Shown: piece by piece, positions 18,277-28,641 of the stretch
Layout of the letters: every line of letters begins with the position of its first letter
Position numbering within the stretch: position 1 is the first letter of the stretch
Source of the DNA: a virus
Taxonomy: Duplodnaviria > Caudoviricetes
Strand: one strand, 5' to 3'
DNA: 54,032 nucleotides
IMG/VR virus record: IMGVR_UViG_3300049914_000058
Span: 1 to 54,032 of that record
Notes under the pieces: generated by a model
What the model was told of the DNA's origin: nothing
Seen by the model: only the letters and a program-made list of their open reading frames with translations
The model's database searches: none
Program-made: the position numbers and the translations under genes

Positions 18277-18307
18277 AGAACCGTCAGAAATTAGAACGTA
18301 AACCGAT

Positions 18308-18342
18308 GGGGGAGCGGCAATATGAAGTCGCTCCTCTATCTT
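18308..18342 (+). terminator. Hairpin (weak terminator/attenuator) after the major capsid gene
   Basis: GGGGGAGCGGC / GTCGCTCCTC stem with a poor U-tract, followed by TTGAAAAGTAAA. Confidence 0.5.
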
Positions 18343-18361
18343 GAAAAGTAAAGGACAGCAA

Positions 18362-21300
18362 ATGAGAAAAATTATAGTCTTTATAGCCTTGCTGGTAATG
18401 ATTTCTCCGGCATTGGCTCTTGATATGGGGTATTTACACCATAATTTACAGATTGTAGATGAACTTGACCGACCGAGAACTGATATAAACTCAGTTACAA
18501 TTCGTACAGCAGGTTCTACTGTTACCCAGACTATCTACAAAGGCAGGACTTCGGATACGAATATGGTTCAGCCAATGACCAAGTACACCACGAACACAAC
18601 ACTTGATAGAACAAATGGTACGGCAAAATGGTATGGTGCAGACCTATGGGATTTTTTAATCACACTCGATAGTGGGATAAATTACACCAATAACGGGCAC
18701 ATGTCAATGAACGCATCGTCTGGTCGTGTGATATTCCCATCATACATAGGTGCATCAGCCTCACTTTCTCTTACAGACGCAAATACCTTAACGTTTGGTA
18801 CTGGTGCGGACTGGGTTATGAGAAGTGCTACGGCTAAACTCTTGGAGTTCCGGCCCGCTCTTGATGATTCATCAATAAGAGTAGGTTTATCTGATGGCAC
18901 AAAGTCATCAGACCTTGATTGGTACACTGGTTCTGGTACAGGGATATTCCTCGATGAGAGTGCAAATACCCTTGCGATAACAGGCGTTGCAACAACATTT
19001 AGTTCATTAGTTACAGGAACAGCAGGACTTACTATTACTGGCGCTGCGGTAAATCTGAATGCAAGTTCAAATTTCGCCACAAACATCGGAACAGGTACTA
19101 CGACTACAGCAGTAACTATCGGCGGGACTACTACACAAACAGTAAATGTTGGTGCGAGTGGTACTACGACTGGTGTAAAAACCGTTACACTTGGTTCTAA
19201 CAGTGATGCTTCTATAACTAATCTTGTAGGAGGCACTGCCGGTATAAACATCGGCGTTGGAACTGTTACCACGCCTGTTACCGTAGGCGGTTCAAGTGGC
19301 GCACAGACTATCGCCGTTGGCGATGGTGCTGGTGTAAAAACGGTGTCTTTGGGAAGTTCTACAGGTGCATCTTCTACTGCTATTAAAGCTGGTACTGGCA
19401 AGATGACAATAATATCTTCAAGTACGGCAACCGATGGTTTGATTATTCAGGCGAATGGTGCGGCTGGTGGTATTGACATAATCTCCCTTGAAGACATTGA
19501 TATTTCAACTACAGGTGCGGCAGGTGAAGATATTAGTCTTACGAATACAGGCGGTTCAATAAACCTGTCCGCTACTGAAAATGCTACCGGTGCGATTACC
19601 TTGCTTTCTAATGGCGGTGTTTTAGAAACTATTACAGTTACCAATACGCAGGGTACAAGTGCGGATGCTATTACTTTGGCGGCTACGGCAGGTGGTGTCA
19701 ATATAGATGCTGCCGCTGCTTTGGATGTTACTATTGATGGCGGGCAGGTACTTCTTACGTCTAAACAAGATGTCGCATCTGCGATTTCTCTTTATACAGG
19801 TATTGGTTCTTCCGAAACAATAGCAATTAAGAACAATGCAGGTACTGGTACTGATTCGATTAACATAGATTCTACCGTAGGCGGTTTTGACCTCGACACT
19901 GTTAAAGATATAGCTCTTACCTGTGCTTCAGGAGCAGTCGCTGGCGAGGATATTCTTATTACCCAAACTGGTGCTGTCGATGCGTCTATTATACTTACCG
20001 CAGCAGGGACCGGTTTGGATGCAATACAGTTATCAGCTACAGCCGGAACTATTGATATTCAGGGTGATAAATTAGCAGTTGATTCTACGGACGATACGAT
20101 ATTGACTGTAACTTCATCTACAGATGGTGAGGATTTACTTCTCGTTCAATCCGGCGTTAATAATTCGAGTATCACTTTAACTGCCGCAGGTAATGGTACA
20201 GACGCTATTGGTCTTCAGGCTGGCGCAGGTGGTATTGATATTGACGGTGGGGCTGGCGGTGATATTGCAATTACCTCAACTGCGAAATCTGTTGTAGTAA
20301 CTGCTACTGAAGCTGTTGCTGATGCTATCGCTCTTGTTGCGACTACAGGTGCAGGTGGAATTACAGAAACATCTGGAAGTGGTGGTATCAACTTAAATGC
20401 AAGTGTTAGTCAACCAGTTAATATCGCTTCAGGCACATCGACTGGAACACTAACTATTGGCGATGGTGCAGTTACGCAGGCCGTAACTATCAATGCCGGT
20501 GCAGGTGCCAAAACAACTACACTTGGCAGTACGAATACTACTTCTGCCACTACTATCAATTTTGGTTCAGGCAACCTCGCATTAACTGGCGCTGGTGTAA
20601 GTGCCGACTTTACGGCAGATTGCGACTTATTCAGTATTGACGGTACTGGTTTGTCGAATATCACTGTTACAAGTAATGCTGGTTCAGAGAATTTTACAGT
20701 AGCTCTTGCCGGTGCAACGGCTTCAAGTTTAATTTTAAGTTCGACAGGAACAGGCGCGGACGCATTACAGATAACGACATCTGCTGGCGGTATCGACATT
20801 ACAAACGGCGGTGCTGCAAGTGGCGAGGATATTGATATAGCGGGACAACTTGCTTCTGTTAATCTCACTTCCGCAGAGGCGGTAACTGATGCGATAACTT
20901 TAAATGCTTCTGCTGGTGGTATTACACTAATAGCCGGTAGTGGTGTACTCGTTAATGACCCGATTACTCTCGGCAACGCTATTGGCGATACCGTAACTGT
21001 TACGGGTAAAATTGCAGGTGCGAGTCCGTTAAGTTTTGACGGTTCAACGGCCAATACAGCATATACGACATTAGCGGTTGCCGATGTAGGTAGTACCATT
21101 ACGGTAACAATGCCGAATAGTACAAGTGCTTTAATTGGTTCGACCTTAACTACGAATAACGCTGATGCTGCCAATTCTATTTGGGGCGGAACGAATAGTC
21201 TTATATTTGAAGGCTCAACCGCAAACGATTTTGAGACTAATTTTAAGTCTGTAGATGCGGCGATAGACTCCAACATTATTCTGCCTGCTCCAGCTACTGC

Positions 21301-21961
21301 TACTGATTTTTATGTTGTTTTATCAACATTAGTCAATAACAAACCTGATTTGGCAAATGGCGTATGGCTCGCATCTAACGGAATAGTGTACGAAGGTTCG
21401 GGTGCGGATGAATACGAAACCACTATATCTGCCACTAATCCTACTGCTGATAGGGCGATTGCTTATCCTGATGCAGCGGGAACTGTTTTACTTACAGGTA
21501 GAACAGGTCAGCAATTTACCCAAAGTATTGTTGGTGCGAAATTGGGTTCTACTGGTTCAGGTTGGGTATTGGCGGCTGCCGATGATGTTTTGTTGGCAAC
21601 TTTACCAGCCTCGCAAACTACTGAAAAATTGATAATTCCGGTAACCGTGCCGTTAAAAGTAGGTTCTATAATTACTGGGTTTTCAATAAATGGTCAGATA
21701 GAAAGTGGAGGTAATGCTGTTGATGTTAGTGCAACTATGAACAAAATGACTGCTGCTGCCACTGATTTTACTACCGTTGCGATAGGCACAATAACTGTTG
21801 CACAAAAAACAGCAGATTACAAAATTGCCGATGCCAATTCAACTATTACGGCTGATACGGTTGCGGCAGACGAAACATTCTTTGTTATTGTTACAGGAAA
21901 TACTACTGCTAATACAGATGTAGCGATTGGTGGTATTACGGTAACTGTAACAGAACCATAA
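18362..21961 (+). CDS. Large T/G/A/S-rich fibre/adhesin-like protein with N-terminal signal peptide
   Basis: MRKIIVFIALLVMISPALA-L signal; repeated 'DAI-x-L-x-A-x-AGGI-x-I' and 'KTVTLGS' beta-repeats; 'FEG-x-T-x-ND-x-ET...PTADR-x-I-x-x-PDA-x-GTV' fibre-like motifs. Confidence 0.75.
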   Translation: MRKIIVFIALLVMISPALALDMGYLHHNLQIVDELDRPRTDINSVTIRTAGSTVTQTIYKGRTSDTNMVQPMTKYTTNTTLDRTNGTAKWYGADLWDFLITLDSGINYTNNGHMSMNASSGRVIFPSYIGASASLSLTDANTLTFGTGADWVMRSATAKLLEFRPALDDSSIRVGLSDGTKSSDLDWYTGSGTGIFLDESANTLAITGVATTFSSLVTGTAGLTITGAAVNLNASSNFATNIGTGTTTTAVTIGGTTTQTVNVGASGTTTGVKTVTLGSNSDASITNLVGGTAGINIGVGTVTTPVTVGGSSGAQTIAVGDGAGVKTVSLGSSTGASSTAIKAGTGKMTIISSSTATDGLIIQANGAAGGIDIISLEDIDISTTGAAGEDISLTNTGGSINLSATENATGAITLLSNGGVLETITVTNTQGTSADAITLAATAGGVNIDAAAALDVTIDGGQVLLTSKQDVASAISLYTGIGSSETIAIKNNAGTGTDSINIDSTVGGFDLDTVKDIALTCASGAVAGEDILITQTGAVDASIILTAAGTGLDAIQLSATAGTIDIQGDKLAVDSTDDTILTVTSSTDGEDLLLVQSGVNNSSITLTAAGNGTDAIGLQAGAGGIDIDGGAGGDIAITSTAKSVVVTATEAVADAIALVATTGAGGITETSGSGGINLNASVSQPVNIASGTSTGTLTIGDGAVTQAVTINAGAGAKTTTLGSTNTTSATTINFGSGNLALTGAGVSADFTADCDLFSIDGTGLSNITVTSNAGSENFTVALAGATASSLILSSTGTGADALQITTSAGGIDITNGGAASGEDIDIAGQLASVNLTSAEAVTDAITLNASAGGITLIAGSGVLVNDPITLGNAIGDTVTVTGKIAGASPLSFDGSTANTAYTTLAVADVGSTITVTMPNSTSALIGSTLTTNNADAANSIWGGTNSLIFEGSTANDFETNFKSVDAAIDSNIILPAPATATDFYVVLSTLVNNKPDLANGVWLASNGIVYEGSGADEYETTISATNPTADRAIAYPDAAGTVLLTGRTGQQFTQSIVGAKLGSTGSGWVLAAADDVLLATLPASQTTEKLIIPVTVPLKVGSIITGFSINGQIESGGNAVDVSATMNKMTAAATDFTTVAIGTITVAQKTADYKIADANSTITADTVAADETFFVIVTGNTTANTDVAIGGITVTVTEP

Positions 21962-21963
21962 TT

Positions 21964-22012
21964 TAACGGGGCAGGAATAGGGTTTTTCTATACCCTGCCC
22001 TGTTAGTTTTTT
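21964..22012 (+). terminator. Rho-independent terminator
   Basis: TAACGGGGCAGG / CCTGCCCTGTTA stem plus GTTTTTT. Confidence 0.65.
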
Positions 22013-22027
22013 GAAAAGGTGGTGTAT

Positions 22028-22633
22028 ATGGCTGTAACCAAAGCCGCGGTCATCTTGTTCGTCAACGAGGTCCTGCGCGAAAGTTATTCTGGCACTCAAT
22101 TAGACGAGGCGGTTAAAGCCTGTCTTGCAGATTTGTCAAAGGCAAATCTCCTGACGGCTCAAGATGTTGAAGTATTAAGTATTGGAAGTAAGTCTTTTGC
22201 CTTGCCTGCCGATTTCAAGCAGGAGGTATCAATAGTACCGAGTCTCAGTGGCATTGATTATACGCCGTTAATTCCATTTCCAGGCGGTTATAAAGCATAT
22301 AAAAGTGCAATGGCAACTTATGAAGAAGCATCATCGACTCCGGCAGGACTACCTTCTCATTACGTTATCTACAAAAAGTATATGTTCATTTGGCCAGGGG
22401 CAGGTTCGGCTTATACGATTACTACTGAGTATTACAAACATCACGCAAAAACAGCAGATTCCATCGAATTTAGTGATGATTTTACTAATGCTATCAACTT
22501 TGGTTCTGCTTATTTTGCAGCGTTATTTAGAAAGAAAACGAGTTACGTTCAAATCTGGCGGTCTATCTATATGGAAGAAAAAGCGGCAATGGTAGCCCTT
22601 ACGCCGGAAGAACCGCATATTGTGAGAGGGTAA
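22028..22633 (+). CDS. Head-tail adaptor-like protein
   Basis: 'Y/F-x-LP-x-DF', 'G-x-P-x-x-Y', 'IWP....Y-x-I-x-x-x-YY' pattern of podovirus adaptors; position. Confidence 0.7.
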   Translation: MAVTKAAVILFVNEVLRESYSGTQLDEAVKACLADLSKANLLTAQDVEVLSIGSKSFALPADFKQEVSIVPSLSGIDYTPLIPFPGGYKAYKSAMATYEEASSTPAGLPSHYVIYKKYMFIWPGAGSAYTITTEYYKHHAKTADSIEFSDDFTNAINFGSAYFAALFRKKTSYVQIWRSIYMEEKAAMVALTPEEPHIVRG

Positions 22634-22638
22634 TAAAA

Positions 22639-22905
22639 ATGGATAAACACGTTTTAAAATCGAAAACAATCAACGCCTTGCTGATACTGGCAATACTCTT
22701 GATGTTCAATGTATTTGACATCTTGCCGGTAAAACTTGGAAGCACTTACGACACAATAAATATTCCCAGCCACGATATACTCGTAAGGGCAAAAGAGGTT
22801 GCTACTTTTGTCGTTATTATTATCGCAATCTACGGACGATGGACGGCAAAAACGGGACTTAGGATTAGAAAAGGAAAGGACAAATCAAATGAAATCCAGA
22901 ATTGA
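22639..22905 (+). CDS. Holin-like two-TM protein
   Basis: 'K-x-x-LKSKT' start, two hydrophobic segments, 'AIYGR-x-x-AK' and a basic tail. Confidence 0.55.
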   Translation: MDKHVLKSKTINALLILAILLMFNVFDILPVKLGSTYDTINIPSHDILVRAKEVATFVVIIIAIYGRWTAKTGLRIRKGKDKSNEIQN

Positions 22906-23842
22906 TAAAACTTTTGATAGGATTTCGAGTGTAACATTATTTTCGATATATTGTTTCCTGATTGTTTCTCTACTTTCTGGATGGAGTTCAGTTTTTAATG
23001 TAAGCACACCTGCCTCCCAAGACAACCCTGCAGAAGCTGATGACCGCATGAGAGAAATTAAGGCTGCCGTTCAGGAACGAGAAGACGTTGACCATTACTG
23101 GCCTTTGACTTTAACATTAAGCAGCGACCCTTGCACCGGAGAACACAGAAAACTTACCTTGAATGATGTGAACTCTACTGAAATAGCCGCACTTACATCA
23201 AGCAAGGCATATCTCTATCGTTACGTTACGGAACTTTACTATAAAGATTCCAATGGTACGGACACCACGCAGATTACAAGATTAGGATATTTGAATCTCG
23301 ATGATTCAAGGTTAGGTAACAATACATACTTACTCGGCAGAAATGCCGCAAGCAACGCAAATATAAATATAATTAAAGTCAATGCAAGTAACACCTTGAC
23401 TTTAGGTGCAATAACTACCTTGCCCGATGGTTCTTCTCTTACTACAAGTGCCGCACCTGTCGATGCTTGCGATATTGCCCCTAAGAAATATGTCGATGAC
23501 CAAGATGCGGCAACATTAGCTTCTGTTCCGAGTTTTGGAACGTGGACAAATAAAAATTCAGCTAATGGAACTTTGGTACAAGATGCCGTTTATAAAGTCG
23601 GCTCTGACGGATTTGTTCTGTCTGTGAATAGTGCTACTAATGGTGGAACGGGAGAAATACTTTCTGACGGTTCAAACCCACCTACAACCGTTAGATTTAT
23701 TATGTCTGGTGGCAATGCAAATTATAAACATTCGGGTATGATTCCTGTCAAAAAAGACGATTATTGGAAAATAACAACAGAAGTAGGCACTGAAGTTATT
23801 TACTGGTTACCTCTTGGTAGTGGAACTTGTGTACTTCAATAA
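22889..23842 (+). CDS. Tail fibre-like protein with N-terminal hydrophobic/signal segment
   Basis: GGAAAGGA RBS; hydrophobic segment then 'P...D....ADD-x-MR-x-IK-x-A-x-x-ER'; 'D-x-A-x-KKYVD'; C-terminal 'DGFV...PVKK-x-DYWK' tip module. Confidence 0.65.
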   Translation: MKSRIDKTFDRISSVTLFSIYCFLIVSLLSGWSSVFNVSTPASQDNPAEADDRMREIKAAVQEREDVDHYWPLTLTLSSDPCTGEHRKLTLNDVNSTEIAALTSSKAYLYRYVTELYYKDSNGTDTTQITRLGYLNLDDSRLGNNTYLLGRNAASNANINIIKVNASNTLTLGAITTLPDGSSLTTSAAPVDACDIAPKKYVDDQDAATLASVPSFGTWTNKNSANGTLVQDAVYKVGSDGFVLSVNSATNGGTGEILSDGSNPPTTVRFIMSGGNANYKHSGMIPVKKDDYWKITTEVGTEVIYWLPLGSGTCVLQ

Positions 23843-23878
23843 AGGATATTAAATAATGGATTTAGTAGGAATAACAAT

Positions 23879-24091
23879 ATGATAAAATTTGGAATAACAA
23901 ATACGAACATTGTGGCAATTCTTACTCCAACTGAATTTACAATGCTAACCGGAGAAGTCCCCGACAAAATACCAGATAACACGACTTTTGACTTAACTGG
24001 AATACAGGCGGCAATAGACCTTAGAGATAAGAATATGCCAGTAATACGAGAATTAGTAACGGCAGCCAATAAACTTCAAAACAAAGGCTAA
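23879..24091 (+). CDS. Hypothetical protein
   Basis: AGGA RBS; 70 aa. Confidence 0.55.
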   Translation: MIKFGITNTNIVAILTPTEFTMLTGEVPDKIPDNTTFDLTGIQAAIDLRDKNMPVIRELVTAANKLQNKG

Positions 24092-24096
24092 AAAGA

Positions 24097-25938
24097 ATGG
24101 CAGATTTCGCAATAGTCAGCCCAAAATTAGGACAGTTTGAAAAGGTATCCAAGATACTTCTCAACTCTGCTTTTCTTGCCGACGAGTCAACTAACGTGCA
24201 GGAATGGAAGGGGGAATACCATAAACTAAAAGGCAGGTTGCCTGAAATTTATGATGCCGATTATGCAACTATTATAGTGCCGAAATATACTTATCCGATA
24301 ACAGGAGTAAATACAGGCACTAAAACTTTCACTATACTCGGCGATTATGCTGCGATAATAGCTTCCAATGTTTATACCGGCAGTAAAATCAGGATTAACA
24401 GTTCTACCGGAAATGACAAACTCTATACGCTTGTTAGTGCAACGTATAGTGCGCCGAATACCAATGTAATAGTAACCGAGACGATTGCAAGTGCTGCTGT
24501 TGATGGTAATTTATTCGTAGGTTATGAACCTGTTCTAAAAATTCATCTTCACGTCAAGCAATTAACCTCTGCGGAATATATTCTATTTGCAACAGCTTAT
24601 CATATATGGTTATGGACTTCAACCGACAAAACTCTTGCAGTTAAATTCACCTGCGGAACTCCGGCAAGTGTAACCCGATGGGAGATAGTAACTCATAACG
24701 ATAATGTCTATGCTACCAATAATGTGGACAAGGTTTTAAAATGGGACGTACACGAAAGTACCGGAAATGATTTTGTTGCGTCTGGCGACCTTGTAAGTGG
24801 CATAAAAGTCGATGGCACGAATTATATCACTAAAGCAAAACATATTTTTTCACATGAAGGTTATCTGTTTTTGGGTTATGTTACCTATGCTACAAATGAT
24901 ATTTTTCCGCAAAGCATTTTCTGGTCTGATTATGGTACGGATACTTTTGACCAGACTGGAGCGGGTGATACAGGCCAAAAGGATTTTAATAGTACACCTG
25001 ATTTCCTTATGGGATTTGGCAAGTGGAATAATTACATAGTGGTTTTCAAAGAAGAATATCATCACGTCGGCCAACTTGTAACCGAAGACGATGTTTTTGC
25101 ATGGGAGGAGCAACCTATTAAAGTCGGTACAATTTCTGCCGATTCTATCGTGAATAATAAAGAAGGGCAGTTGTTCTGGATAGCGTCAGACCTTACCATA
25201 AGAGAAATAAGAAGTACGGTAGAAATTTCAAAGCCTGTATTCGATACTTTACGAATAATAAATCCCGAATATGCAGAGTACATTCAGTCTATCTATATTG
25301 ACGAATACAACAAAATCTATTGGGCTATTCCCACAGGAGCAAGTGAAACCAACAATAAGATAATATCTCACGATGTAGAGACTGGTAATGAATTTATCTA
25401 CGATATTCCGGTAAGGGCTTTTGCCAAATTCAAGAGGCAGGAACGATATACTTATGAATCGCTTAGGGTTTATGGTAATTACGCCAATTGGGGCGCTGCC
25501 TGGTTAATATACGATGCCGGAAAGAACAAGATAGGTTATCCAGTAGAACTTGCTTCCGATTATGCGGGGAATGTTTACACACTTCATTCGGCTACAAATG
25601 ATGCCGGAGCTGCTTTTACAGGCGATATTGTTCTTCATACCACCCTTACGGATTCAATGTCTCTTAACTTATATAAAAGAGTTAATAACGGCGCTACTTT
25701 TATTTTCAATCGAAAGAGTACAGGTACAGTAACGGTATCAATTAAAAGAGATACATCTACCACTTGGGAAGAACTCGGTACTATTACTCTTATAAGTGCC
25801 GATGGTGAGGATGTACTTTTTCAGTTTTTGCCTTTTGATAAGAGATTTAAGACGGCGAAGTTTAAAATCAGCAGTCCTGACGAAATGGAGCTTATAGGTA
25901 TTTTATTTAACGATTTTGAAATGGACGATGAGCGATGA
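24097..25938 (+). CDS. Tail hub/stabilisation protein (P22 gp10-like, propeller-type)
   Basis: 613 aa beta-rich; 'IFWS', 'IVVFKE', 'IS-x-P' motifs; located between the adaptor and ejection genes. Confidence 0.6.
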   Translation: MADFAIVSPKLGQFEKVSKILLNSAFLADESTNVQEWKGEYHKLKGRLPEIYDADYATIIVPKYTYPITGVNTGTKTFTILGDYAAIIASNVYTGSKIRINSSTGNDKLYTLVSATYSAPNTNVIVTETIASAAVDGNLFVGYEPVLKIHLHVKQLTSAEYILFATAYHIWLWTSTDKTLAVKFTCGTPASVTRWEIVTHNDNVYATNNVDKVLKWDVHESTGNDFVASGDLVSGIKVDGTNYITKAKHIFSHEGYLFLGYVTYATNDIFPQSIFWSDYGTDTFDQTGAGDTGQKDFNSTPDFLMGFGKWNNYIVVFKEEYHHVGQLVTEDDVFAWEEQPIKVGTISADSIVNNKEGQLFWIASDLTIREIRSTVEISKPVFDTLRIINPEYAEYIQSIYIDEYNKIYWAIPTGASETNNKIISHDVETGNEFIYDIPVRAFAKFKRQERYTYESLRVYGNYANWGAAWLIYDAGKNKIGYPVELASDYAGNVYTLHSATNDAGAAFTGDIVLHTTLTDSMSLNLYKRVNNGATFIFNRKSTGTVTVSIKRDTSTTWEELGTITLISADGEDVLFQFLPFDKRFKTAKFKISSPDEMELIGILFNDFEMDDER

Positions 25939-26189
25939 GTTTACTGCCGAAACAACTGCCGTTTGATAAAATCGGACTTGCAAGGGCGAAGAGCCCTGAA
26001 GAAATAAAAAAATGGTTAGACCAGTTTATAAATGATTTTCAGATGTTTTATTCAAGGTTATACGACCAGATTGAGAATAACGGATTTGAAACCCAAAACT
26101 GGAAAGTAAAAGAAAGCGATGACGGCAGCAAACTTGGTTTTTTCCATAGTTCAGCCCCAGATACTTCAAAGGGAAGTTTTAAAGTATGA
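25935..26189 (+). CDS. Hypothetical tail-associated protein
   Basis: ATGA-coupled on both sides. Confidence 0.55.
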   Translation: MSLLPKQLPFDKIGLARAKSPEEIKKWLDQFINDFQMFYSRLYDQIENNGFETQNWKVKESDDGSKLGFFHSSAPDTSKGSFKV

Positions 26190-27733
26190 GATATTTATTG
26201 GTTATTTTGTTTTGTTATTCTCTGACTTTTGCAAGTATAGATGCTGAAGGCGGCAAGATTACAAATGTCGGTTATCCGAGTGATAATAACGATGCCGCAA
26301 ATTATAAATACGTCAATGATATTTTTGCTACATTACTGTATGTTAATGACCCGAATTACTATGTTTTCAATGTAAATAACAAGAGCGGTAATGTGATTCT
26401 CACGACTTCGGATGTCAACGAAGGCACTAATTTATATTATACTGATGCAAGGGCGAGAGCCAGTATTTCAGAAACCGTTACAGGTCTTAGTTATTCTTCA
26501 GGCGTTTTTAGTCTGACAACTGGTTATGTAATCCCGACAACGGTACAAGAGGCGAATTGGTCTGATTTTATTACTTGGTTTGGTACTTTTGATAATAACG
26601 ATAATGACCCTTGTTTTTATGCATCTATTGCTGCCGATATAAACCAAAACGATGTTAATAATTGGAATGGCAAAATATCCGATTTTGACGAAACAGACCC
26701 CTGTTTTGCGGAATGGTATTTGACCTTTGACAATAACGAAACAGACCCATGTTTCGTTGACTGGTATGATTCCAATAATTATCTCGTTAATAATGCCAAT
26801 GACGTTACGACAGGCGCATTACAGGCGTCCAATTTCACAGTAGATTCTTTTACTGATACTATCAGCTCAAAGTTCTCATATAAAGTAAATACAATAACTC
26901 CGACTTTTACGGGTATTTATGAGATGGTTTCAGACACATCATACCCTCTACCTGATACAATACATACAGGTTTTAATTCAATAGCCTGTTTTAATCCTGA
27001 TGTTAGTATTGCAGGTAGTTTTCAATTTGCAGGCTACTTTTCAAATCAGAGTTCTCATACCCTTGCCGGTACTATGAATAATCAACGAGGATTGTATGGT
27101 TCCTGCCTGACTACTATCGCTAATAATGGCAGGAGTATGGGTAGTGATTCTGGCATTGCTATTGCCGGTTTGGATTTTCAAGCCGGCAATCAGGAAGATT
27201 TTGTCGGGCAGAATGGAAAAGGAGGCTACTATCTAACAACGGCAGGTATTAGCGTTTTCAGCACACTCGGTTGGACTGGTAAGACAATATCAAACTATAC
27301 TAAAACCAGAAATTACGGTGGTTATTTCACAGCTACGATGGATGGTACTTATAATAATGCTTTAACCACCGGAGTTAATTATGGAGTCTATACCAAGACT
27401 ACGAACTCTATCGTATCAGGCACAGGCAGTTTAAATTCTTATGCCTTGTATCTTGACGCTTGTAGTGGTTCGACATTTGCTACAGGCGGCGGAGTATTGA
27501 CCTCTTGGAATCTCTACGCTCCGACATCAGTTAATAGTGCGATAAACGGGATGGTTCGGATAGGTTCTACGACAGTCCCGACAGTCCCTCTTGATGTAAC
27601 AGGAGATGTAAACGCAACAGGAACGGTAAAATCAACGGGTTTAATAGTTGACGGGAACACAGGCGTTGATAGTAACTTCCTCGATAGAAACGGCGTAAAC
27701 CACATTATAAAAGGCGGAATTATTGTAAATTAA
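26186..27733 (+). CDS. Tail fibre/spike-like protein with signal peptide
   Basis: MRYLLVILFCYSLTFA-S signal; 'KITNVG-x-P...DAA-x-x-x-YV', 'VNNKSG-x-V-x-L-x-T-x-D-x-x-EGTNLYYTDARAR' and 'V-x-IG-x-T-x-P...LDV-x-G' fibre motifs; three 'DPCF' repeats. Confidence 0.7.
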   Translation: MRYLLVILFCYSLTFASIDAEGGKITNVGYPSDNNDAANYKYVNDIFATLLYVNDPNYYVFNVNNKSGNVILTTSDVNEGTNLYYTDARARASISETVTGLSYSSGVFSLTTGYVIPTTVQEANWSDFITWFGTFDNNDNDPCFYASIAADINQNDVNNWNGKISDFDETDPCFAEWYLTFDNNETDPCFVDWYDSNNYLVNNANDVTTGALQASNFTVDSFTDTISSKFSYKVNTITPTFTGIYEMVSDTSYPLPDTIHTGFNSIACFNPDVSIAGSFQFAGYFSNQSSHTLAGTMNNQRGLYGSCLTTIANNGRSMGSDSGIAIAGLDFQAGNQEDFVGQNGKGGYYLTTAGISVFSTLGWTGKTISNYTKTRNYGGYFTATMDGTYNNALTTGVNYGVYTKTTNSIVSGTGSLNSYALYLDACSGSTFATGGGVLTSWNLYAPTSVNSAINGMVRIGSTTVPTVPLDVTGDVNATGTVKSTGLIVDGNTGVDSNFLDRNGVNHIIKGGIIVN

Positions 27734-27744
27734 GGAATATAGCG

Positions 27745-28635
27745 ATGGGACTTTTTGATTTTTTTAGCAGTAGTCCGAAGACGAGTGAAGTTAGTATTTA
27801 CGAACCGGATACGAGTGTTGCGTCAAGGGCAGAATTGCTCAAGAGAGGCACTGAAGCAACACCTAACTTTCCCTTGCAACAAACAGCGGGAATGACATCA
27901 CTTGAAGAATACATTCAAGGATTACTTGGTAACTATGTAAAATCTCCGGCTTCCGCAACCAGACAAAATGCTATTGACCTTGCTACGAAAACTGCTAATG
28001 AACCTTACGATGTAACGCAGTTTCCTGAAGTGCAGGGACTTATGAAGAGGATTACAGAAGCCGGACAGACAGAAGGAAACCGACTTATGCGAGGTATGCA
28101 ACTTCGAGGTTCTTCTTCGTCCTCAAGGGGCAGGGATATACTCGGAAGAAACGTAACTGATATGCAACAAAAAATAGCTTCTGGTTTATCTCCATATCTT
28201 GAAAGTGAAAGGCAACGACAATTTGGCGCGATAGGTCTAATGAGCGACCTTGAAAATGCACAGACAGCCGATTTACTTCAAAAACTATCAACAGGAAGTC
28301 AATTTGGTGCGTTACCTCGCCAGATACTGCAAGATATATACGATAAACAATACGCTCAGCAAAATGCACCGATAAACTTCCGATATAGTACACAACCAGG
28401 TATTCTTCAGTCTATGCTTCAGCCTTATCAAGTGCTTCAAGGTGGTTCTGGGCAAAGTGAAAGCGGGTTTAGCCAGATTGCACCGCTTATCGGCCCTGCT
28501 CTTAGTATTTTAGGGCCTATATTAAGTGGCGGTTTAATGGGCAGCGGTGCTACAACTGCTGCCGATGTTGATATGTCGAATATGTTCTCACCTTCATCAT
28601 TTTATAATACTGGTAGATTAGCATATCCAGGATAA
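27745..28635 (+). CDS. Putative DNA-ejection (pilot) protein
   Basis: MGLFDFF start, Q/A/G-rich helices, 'RG-x-x-x-SS' motif; position. Confidence 0.55.
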   Translation: MGLFDFFSSSPKTSEVSIYEPDTSVASRAELLKRGTEATPNFPLQQTAGMTSLEEYIQGLLGNYVKSPASATRQNAIDLATKTANEPYDVTQFPEVQGLMKRITEAGQTEGNRLMRGMQLRGSSSSSRGRDILGRNVTDMQQKIASGLSPYLESERQRQFGAIGLMSDLENAQTADLLQKLSTGSQFGALPRQILQDIYDKQYAQQNAPINFRYSTQPGILQSMLQPYQVLQGGSGQSESGFSQIAPLIGPALSILGPILSGGLMGSGATTAADVDMSNMFSPSSFYNTGRLAYPG

Positions 28636-28641
28636 AAATAT

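Noticed and set aside
18682-21276. Long minus-strand ORFs opposite the 1,199-aa gene (similarly 258..815 and 53602..54000)
   Set aside because: Antisense shadows of biased codon usage, with no motifs or RBS.
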